From contig CAWGED010000019.1 in NCBI GenBank assembly GCA_963821525.1, positions 576,001 through 640,000 of the forward strand: a stretch of DNA of 64,000 nucleotides, read 5' to 3'. The translations under genes were made by a program, and so were the position numbers. Within the stretch, counting starts at the first letter, position 1. Every line of letters starts with the position of its first letter. The DNA comes from an uncultured Gemmatimonadales bacterium. GTDB taxonomy: Bacteria; Gemmatimonadota; Gemmatimonadetes; Gemmatimonadales; GWC2-71-9. Under the pieces are notes generated by a model. It was not told where the DNA came from, ran no database searches, and saw nothing but the letters and a program-made list of their open reading frames with translations. Below are positions 58,381 through 64,000 of the stretch, one piece after another.

Positions 58381-58820
58381 ATGAGGATTCGCGTCTTTGT
58401 CCAGAACGAAGCGGGTTCAATTCAAAAGAATCAGCACGACGAAAAGACCCTCCAGTATCTCCATTCCGAATCCATCGCTCACGCGTATCCCTTCCCTTAC
58501 GGTTTCGTGATCGGCACGGAAGGCGGAGACGGCGGGAATGTGGATTGCTACGTGATCACCACCCAGACACTCAAGACCGGCCAAATCGTCGAGTGCGAGG
58601 CGATTGGCCTATGGAGCAATTCGAGGACGGCGTCGAGGATCACAACATCCTGGCTCGATTGCTGGACGAACCGGTTGTCCTCAATGAGGTAATGGAAGCC
58701 GCTCTCACAGAGCACGTGCTAGCGTGTTTTCGAGCTGCCAGCGTAGGCATCGCAGTAGGCCGCTTTCTCGGGCGGGATGCCGCGCTAGCCCACATTTCCT
58801 CTCATTTGGAACCTGCGTGA
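58381..58820 (+). CDS. Soluble inorganic pyrophosphatase-like protein (frameshift ~58610)
   Basis: YPFPYGFVIGTEGGDGGNVDC and EDGVEDHNIL resemble family I PPase motifs (YP.NYG, D.DP.D, D…D.K), but are degenerate. Confidence 0.7.
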
Positions 58821-58836
58821 AGCGCCGGGAAGCTCG

Positions 58837-59667
58837 ATGAGCGACAGCGAGGGCGACTACGGCCATATCGCGGCGTTCTACGCCCTCGGCCTCGAACGAG
58901 ACCGGCTCCTCGGTGGCCAAGGCGCGCTCGAGTTCGCCCGTACCCAGGTGTTGTTGGAGCGATATCTCCCGGCGCCTCCCGCGGTGATCGCCGACGTTGG
59001 TGGCGGTCCCGGACGATACGCCATCTGGCTCGCCAAGCGTGGATACCAGACCCACCTGGTGGATCCTGTGCCCCTGCACATCGAGCAGGCGCGCGCCGCG
59101 ACCAGCCGTCGGCCGGGAGTTACGCTGGCCAGCGCAGAAGTGGGCGACGCGCGCGCACTCCGACTACCGGACGCGAGTGTGGACGCGGTGCTTCTGCTCG
59201 GCCCCCTCTACCACCTGCCCGAGGCCGCCGACCGCCTCCAAGCCCTTGCCGAAGCACGACGGGTGTGTCGACCGGGGGGAATGATCCTCGCGGCGGCGAT
59301 TTCGCGCCTTGCTTCAACGTTGGACGGGCTGCGGGGTGGTTATCTCGCGGATCCGACCTTCGCGGCGATTGCGGCAAGCGACCGGCGAGACGGGGTGCAT
59401 CGCAATCCGACCGGCGACCCGACGTACTTCACGACCGCGTACTTCCATCGGCCGGAGGAGCTGAAGGAAGAGTGTATGGCAGTGGGCCTGAAACACGAAG
59501 CGACGCTCGGCGTCGAAGGACCTGGGTGGCTTTTGCCGGACCTGGACGCTCGGCTCGCCGATGCGGGCCGCCGGGCGGTGCTACTCGAATCACTCGCTGC
59601 GCTCGAGGCCGAGCCGACGATACTTGGGGTGAGCGCGCACCTGCTCGCCGTGGCGCGGAGAACCTGA
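58837..59667 (+). CDS. Class I SAM-dependent methyltransferase
   Basis: ADVGGGPGRY motif I, GDAR, DAVLLLGPLYHL. Confidence 0.92.
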   Translation: MSDSEGDYGHIAAFYALGLERDRLLGGQGALEFARTQVLLERYLPAPPAVIADVGGGPGRYAIWLAKRGYQTHLVDPVPLHIEQARAATSRRPGVTLASAEVGDARALRLPDASVDAVLLLGPLYHLPEAADRLQALAEARRVCRPGGMILAAAISRLASTLDGLRGGYLADPTFAAIAASDRRDGVHRNPTGDPTYFTTAYFHRPEELKEECMAVGLKHEATLGVEGPGWLLPDLDARLADAGRRAVLLESLAALEAEPTILGVSAHLLAVARRT

Positions 59668-59679
59668 GGATCAGCCGAC

Positions 59680-60798
59680 ATGAATGTTGATGAGGTCCGT
59701 AAGCTCTTCCCGGGGCTCAAGGATACGATCTACCTGAACACCGCCACGATGAATGTCGGATGTACGCCGGCGAGAGAGGCGTACGAGCGTGCGGTGGAAC
59801 AGTGGTCGGCGGGGCGGTTCGACTGGCCCGAGGCCGAACGTGCCGGCGAGGATGCCCGCCGCAGGTTCGCGCAGATCGTGGGTGCACAACCGGAGGAGGT
59901 CGCGATCGTCCCGGCGGTGAGTGTGGCGGCCGGCATCGTCGCGGCCAATATGCCCACCGCCGCTCGCGGCGAGAACGTCGTAGTTGCCGATATGGAGTTC
60001 GCGTCGAACTACTACCCCTGGGTTCTCCTCCGCGAGCGGGGCTATGAGATCCGCACGGTGCCGTTCAGCGATGATGGAATCTCAGCCGATGCCTACGCCG
60101 CGGCAGCGGATGGCGGAACCCGTCTCATCGCAGTAAGCGCGGTGCACTCGCCCAACGGCTTTCGGACGGATCTGGCATCGCTCAGCCAGGTAGCGGGTCG
60201 CTCCGGAGCCTGGCTCTTCGTAGATGCCTGCCAGGCGGCGGGAGCCGTCCCCCTCGATGTCGTCCGGGACGGGGTCGATTTCCTGGCGGCCTCGAGTCAC
60301 AAGTTCCTCCTCGGCTCCCGAGGCATGGGCTACCTCTATGTTCGTCCCCAGCTCATCGACAGAATGCAGCCCATTTTCCCGGGATGGAAAGCCGCTCGGA
60401 AGCCGCTTGAAGCGTTCTACGGTCCGAAGATGGACCTGTCTCCTACGGCCTCGAAGCTCGATACTTCTCTGATCTGGTTCGCCGCACTCGCCGAGCAGGC
60501 GTCGCTGGGCCTGTTTCAGCGGTTCGGGATTCAGGCCATTCTCGAACGCAACGCCTCGCTCTCGCGGAGGTTGCTGGACGCGCTGGGCGCACGCGGCACC
60601 AAGGTGCGGCCGTTTCCAGAACAGCATCGCTCCACGATCGTATCGGTGCCCGTCGAAGACGCCGAGGCCGCCATGGCCCGTCTTCGCGCCGCAGGAGTTG
60701 TGGCCTCGATGCGAGCCGGGCGGATCCGGTTGGCGGTGCACTTCTACAATCTCGAAGAAGATATCGATCGGGTAGCCGCGCTTCTCGCAGAGGGGTGA
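59680..60798 (+). CDS. Aminotransferase class V / cysteine desulfurase-like PLP enzyme
   Basis: IYLNTA, FVDACQAAG, SSHKFLLG and RLAVHFYN motifs. Confidence 0.92.
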   Translation: MNVDEVRKLFPGLKDTIYLNTATMNVGCTPAREAYERAVEQWSAGRFDWPEAERAGEDARRRFAQIVGAQPEEVAIVPAVSVAAGIVAANMPTAARGENVVVADMEFASNYYPWVLLRERGYEIRTVPFSDDGISADAYAAAADGGTRLIAVSAVHSPNGFRTDLASLSQVAGRSGAWLFVDACQAAGAVPLDVVRDGVDFLAASSHKFLLGSRGMGYLYVRPQLIDRMQPIFPGWKAARKPLEAFYGPKMDLSPTASKLDTSLIWFAALAEQASLGLFQRFGIQAILERNASLSRRLLDALGARGTKVRPFPEQHRSTIVSVPVEDAEAAMARLRAAGVVASMRAGRIRLAVHFYNLEEDIDRVAALLAEG

Positions 60799-60955
60799 GC
60801 GTCGCACCGGCGCCACGGCCCAGCTTCAGTGAGTGGTGGGAATCCGTCTGACAAGAGTCGCTCCAATAAGCTGAAGCTGACGATCCGACCCGCTGGCGCG
60901 TGGCCACTTCGGCTCGTATCGTCATCCCGCAACCGTCCTTCTCCCGAAATGGATA

Positions 60956-61591
60956 ATGACCGGATCCAGCGACAAGCTCATTCTTGAGAATCGGCACACC
61001 GGCGAGCGACTCGAGATGTTTCGTGTCGCCCGAAATGGCGAGACCTGGCTGGCGCTTCGAGGCTCGTTGCCACCTCACCGGAAAGGGCCGCCACTCCACG
61101 TTCATTACCACGCGGCGGAGGAATTCCGGGTTATCGCGGGCACGATGAGCGCCGTCGGAGATGGACGGCATATCCAGGTCGCCGCCGGAGAAACCGCGAC
61201 CTTTCCTCCCGGATCGGTGCACACCTGGTGGAACGACGGCGACGAAACGCTGGTCGCCCATGGGTACGCCAAACCCGCGGGCGATCTGGATCGCCATCTG
61301 CAGGCGGCATTCGACGTCATCAACAGCGGGCCAGCCGAGCGGCCGCCGCTCTTCTACATGGCGCGGGTAACCTGGCGGCATCGCCGGACTCAGGCCGTGG
61401 TCGTGATGCCGCGCCCGATTCAGGCGATCGTGATTCCTTTGATCGTTCTGGTGGGAACCCTGCTCGGTCGGTATCGGGGGACCGACTGGCCCGGTTCGGC
61501 GGCCAGGTGCCGGGACGCGCCGTTCGTGGAGGACCCAGCACCGGAGGAGAAGTTGACCGGCCGGGAGGCAGAGGCTGACGGTTCATTTTGA
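60956..61591 (+). CDS. Cupin-domain protein
   Basis: PPLHVHYHAAEEFRVIAG…PPGSVHTWWN cupin motifs. Confidence 0.88.
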   Translation: MTGSSDKLILENRHTGERLEMFRVARNGETWLALRGSLPPHRKGPPLHVHYHAAEEFRVIAGTMSAVGDGRHIQVAAGETATFPPGSVHTWWNDGDETLVAHGYAKPAGDLDRHLQAAFDVINSGPAERPPLFYMARVTWRHRRTQAVVVMPRPIQAIVIPLIVLVGTLLGRYRGTDWPGSAARCRDAPFVEDPAPEEKLTGREAEADGSF

Positions 61592-61639
61592 ATCTCGTCG
61601 CTGCCCGAGGCCGTCAGGCAGACTCGAAAGGAGCTCGGC

Positions 61640-61969
61640 ATGACATTCAACCCCAGGATCTGGCGTCCCATCGCGATTGGGCTGAGCGCGATTAACCTCG
61701 TGGCCACAGGCTTTGCCGCTCAGGGAGGCGAGGGGTGGCATGCCGGGATTCACGCGGCGCTGGCGCTCGCCTTCGGGCTATGGGCGCAAAATCTCAGAGG
61801 CCGACCCTCGTCGCTCGACCAGGGTGAGATCCCCGCTCGTCTCGAGTCACTCGAGATCGAAGTGGGCAACCTGCGGCGGGAGCTGGGCGAGGCGCAGGAG
61901 CGGATCGACTTTACGGAGCGGGTGATGGCGCAGGCGCAGGAGCAGCGGCGAGTGGGACCGGAGAAGTAA
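61640..61969 (+). CDS. Small membrane protein with C-terminal coiled coil
   Basis: GGAG RBS, two hydrophobic helices, C-terminal ELGEAQERIDFTER. Confidence 0.75.
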   Translation: MTFNPRIWRPIAIGLSAINLVATGFAAQGGEGWHAGIHAALALAFGLWAQNLRGRPSSLDQGEIPARLESLEIEVGNLRRELGEAQERIDFTERVMAQAQEQRRVGPEK

Positions 61970-62044
61970 GGAGCAACGCGAAGGGTACAGCGAGTTGAGT
62001 GGTCAGGCTGATGGACCGCGGTGGGCCGGGCAGTACCAAAAAGT

Positions 62045-62238
62045 GCGAGACCGGCCCCCACCCCTTGGGGGGAATATCAACCCGGTGAAAGTCAGCTTGG
62101 TAACCGTAGAAACCCGGAACCGGTGTCAGGCCCCGCTGACGACTGCAAATAAAACGCGAGCGCGCCCCCCAGCCCAAGGGGGAGTATTGACCCTATGAAG
62201 GTCCTCATGGTAACCGCCAGAACGCCGAACCGGTCTCA
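62045..62238. repeat. Diverged tandem duplication (period ~110 bp) of a motif also present at 31815-31885
   Basis: GCGAG…CCCC..GGGGGA[AG]TA…GGTAACCG with conserved spacing in all three copies. The two tandem copies also share GAACCGGT.TCA. Confidence 0.7.
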
Positions 62239-62287
62239 AATTCTCATGCTGCCACACCATCGTCGGAACCAATGCTTGCTTATCGTC

Positions 62288-62698
62288 ATGCGCCTACTGA
62301 CCGCCATTCCTCTCATCCTCCTTGCCTCATGGGCGACTCCCGCTCACGCCCAGGAATCTCCCATCCTCGGCTCCTGGCACGGCACATCAACCTGCGTTGA
62401 CAAGGTGAAGTTCCCGGCGTGCAATGACGAAGAGGTCATCTATGACGTGACCACGGCGAGGGGAGACACGGTCACCTTGCGAGCAGACAAGGTGGTGAAC
62501 GGAGCTCGCGAGTTCATGAACGAATCGCAATTTGTTCGGGGGGCCGATGGCTCGTGGACGGCGGAGATTGAGACCCCGCGATACCACCTTCGCCTCGTGA
62601 TAGCCGTTGAGCGGGACGTCATGAAAGGCCGCCTCATGACGCTGCCGGATCAGGTGCTCGTACGGCGCATGTCCCTGCGGCGCGTCGGGACGGAATAG
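62288..62698 (+). CDS. Hypothetical secreted protein
   Basis: Signal peptide MRLLTAIPLILLASWATPAHA-Q, then GSWHGTSTC…C. Confidence 0.75.
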   Translation: MRLLTAIPLILLASWATPAHAQESPILGSWHGTSTCVDKVKFPACNDEEVIYDVTTARGDTVTLRADKVVNGAREFMNESQFVRGADGSWTAEIETPRYHLRLVIAVERDVMKGRLMTLPDQVLVRRMSLRRVGTE

Positions 62699-62754
62699 AA
62701 CCCTCTCGTTGTAAGGATGTGGGGACGTGGCCCGTTCCCGGTCCCCGCTTCTCC

Positions 62755-62796
62755 CCGTTCACCGTTCACCGTTCACCGTTCACCGTTCACCGTTCA
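62755..62796. repeat. (CCGTTCA)6 heptamer microsatellite
   Basis: Six perfect copies; the run overlaps the amidohydrolase stop codon. Confidence 0.9.
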
Positions 62797-64000
62797 TTAT
62801 TGCTCAGCAGCCCCGCCCGATCCACCGGCTTCCCGCCTAGAATCACCTCCCGAATCCGTCTCGTGTCCTTGATATCGCGCCAGGGCTCGGCGCCCGGCTC
62901 GAGAATGATGAGGTTCGCGATCTTGCCGGCCTCGATCGAGCCGAGCTCGGCATCGTGCCCCAGGATGCGCATGGACTCGAGCGTCCCCACCCGGATCGCC
63001 TCCAGTGGAGTGAGACCAGCCGCTACCATGCGCTCCAATTCCAGATGCGCGCCCCAAGGGAATAGCGGCGCGTCACATCCCACGCCGAACAGCACGCCGG
63101 CATCGTGCAGGGAACGCATCTGTTCGATCATGAGGCGCCCCTGCCCGACGATCCAATACGCAGGATCCGACGCGCCGAAGGGTTTCAGATCGCGCTTCGC
63201 CGCGACCGTGAATGGCAGCACGTCGGGCCTTCGCAGGAAGTTGCTGTCAGCCATCCAGATCTCTTCCCAGGAGGTCAGCATGCTGGTCGGGATGACGGCA
63301 ATCCGGCTCGCGTGCAACACGGCCGTGATATCCTCGTGCAACGGTGCGTTGAACCGCTCGCCGCAGGTGTTGCCTAAGTGCTCCTTCGAGTCCATTCCGG
63401 CGGCGAGCAAGGCGAGCGGAAGAATGCAATGCCCGGTAGTCCGCAGGCCGGCCCGATGCGCGGCGTCGATCAGCCGAGTCACCCCATTCCAGCCGTGGAA
63501 GGTCCGGATCTTCATGTGCTCGGCACCGTGCGCGAGCAGGAGGTCCACAGCGCGGCCGATCTGGCCGGGATCGCGCTCGGGTTCCAGTCCCTGCTCGATG
63601 CCATTGCTGAATGCCCAGTCGGTGTAGAGCTGGAACCCGCCGAAACTGGTCCACGGAAGGACCGCGTCACCCGAGAAGGATTCATCGGCTCGGGCCGCAA
63701 CCGTCGCGAGATCGCTCCCCTGGTCTCGCAGTACGGTGACCCCGTTGTACAAGGCGCCGCGCATCTGTTGGGCACCGTCCTGATGCGAGTGCATGTCGGA
63801 GAGACCCGGCAGGAGGACCGCCCCGCCGGCGTCGATCGCCTGAGCATCTTTGGCCTTCAGGGTTCCCGGCGCTCCGATCTTCTCGATTCGGCCATTTCGC
63901 AGGAGGAGGTCCCGCGGCTCGGTCGGCGGGTTACCGGTGCCGTCCACGATGCGCGCATTAGTGATCAGGAGCGGCGGAGGCGTGGGGACGACATAGGTGA
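62787..64000 (-). CDS. Amidohydrolase-family protein (5' end beyond window)
   Basis: LLPGLSDMHSH metal motif, GCDAP, and GSIEAGKIANLIIL. Confidence 0.9.
   Translation of the reverse strand, partial: TYVVPTPPPLLITNARIVDGTGNPPTEPRDLLLRNGRIEKIGAPGTLKAKDAQAIDAGGAVLLPGLSDMHSHQDGAQQMRGALYNGVTVLRDQGSDLATVAARADESFSGDAVLPWTSFGGFQLYTDWAFSNGIEQGLEPERDPGQIGRAVDLLLAHGAEHMKIRTFHGWNGVTRLIDAAHRAGLRTTGHCILPLALLAAGMDSKEHLGNTCGERFNAPLHEDITAVLHASRIAVIPTSMLTSWEEIWMADSNFLRRPDVLPFTVAAKRDLKPFGASDPAYWIVGQGRLMIEQMRSLHDAGVLFGVGCDAPLFPWGAHLELERMVAAGLTPLEAIRVGTLESMRILGHDAELGSIEAGKIANLIILEPGAEPWRDIKDTRRIREVILGGKPVDRAGLLSNNER

Noticed and set aside
60815..60940. Integron attC-like remnant among the small co-oriented genes at 58.4-62.7 kb
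   Set aside because: Only a 9-bp inverted repeat (CAGCTTCAG/CTGAAGCTG) is present. There is no RYYYAAC…GTTRRRY pair, no similar sites after neighbouring genes and no integrase.

Overview
High-GC bacterial DNA, probably Gemmatimonadota (inferred from the expanded '[23 protein letters not shown]' kinase family). The sequence is indel-rich: even dnaK has two frameshifts, so most frameshifts are probably long-read errors. Positions 1-44.8 kb are a single co-oriented array of 15 full-length Hanks-type Ser/Thr kinase genes (K1-K15). The tail of a probable further member (K0) lies at the left edge and an outlier (K16) at 56 kb. The kinases carry three kinds of C-terminal module: TolB/PD40 propeller, double beta-propeller, or TolB-N-like domain with or without TPRs. 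The array also holds one PP2C phosphatase, a PD40 lipoprotein, a Thr/Ser dehydratase and an IS200-like HUH transposase. The gene junctions are the most unusual part. Ten kinases begin with a start segment built from 7-nt tandem repeats (TTG-ACCATCG-ACCATCG-ACTATCG = MTIDHRLST). Six orphan kinase 5' stubs lie between genes. The transposase and a transposase-less miniature copy of its double-hairpin ends both sit just after the GQGGM codons of a stub. Repeat-derived DNA is also inserted in frame in one kinase loop. Together this suggests a receptor-kinase repertoire remodelled through a conserved 5' hotspot. The remainder holds an Ig-like lipoprotein, dnaK, htrA, an ECF sigma/CBM48 operon, small metabolic genes and an amidohydrolase. 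An unexplained ~75-bp motif occurs in three intergenic copies.
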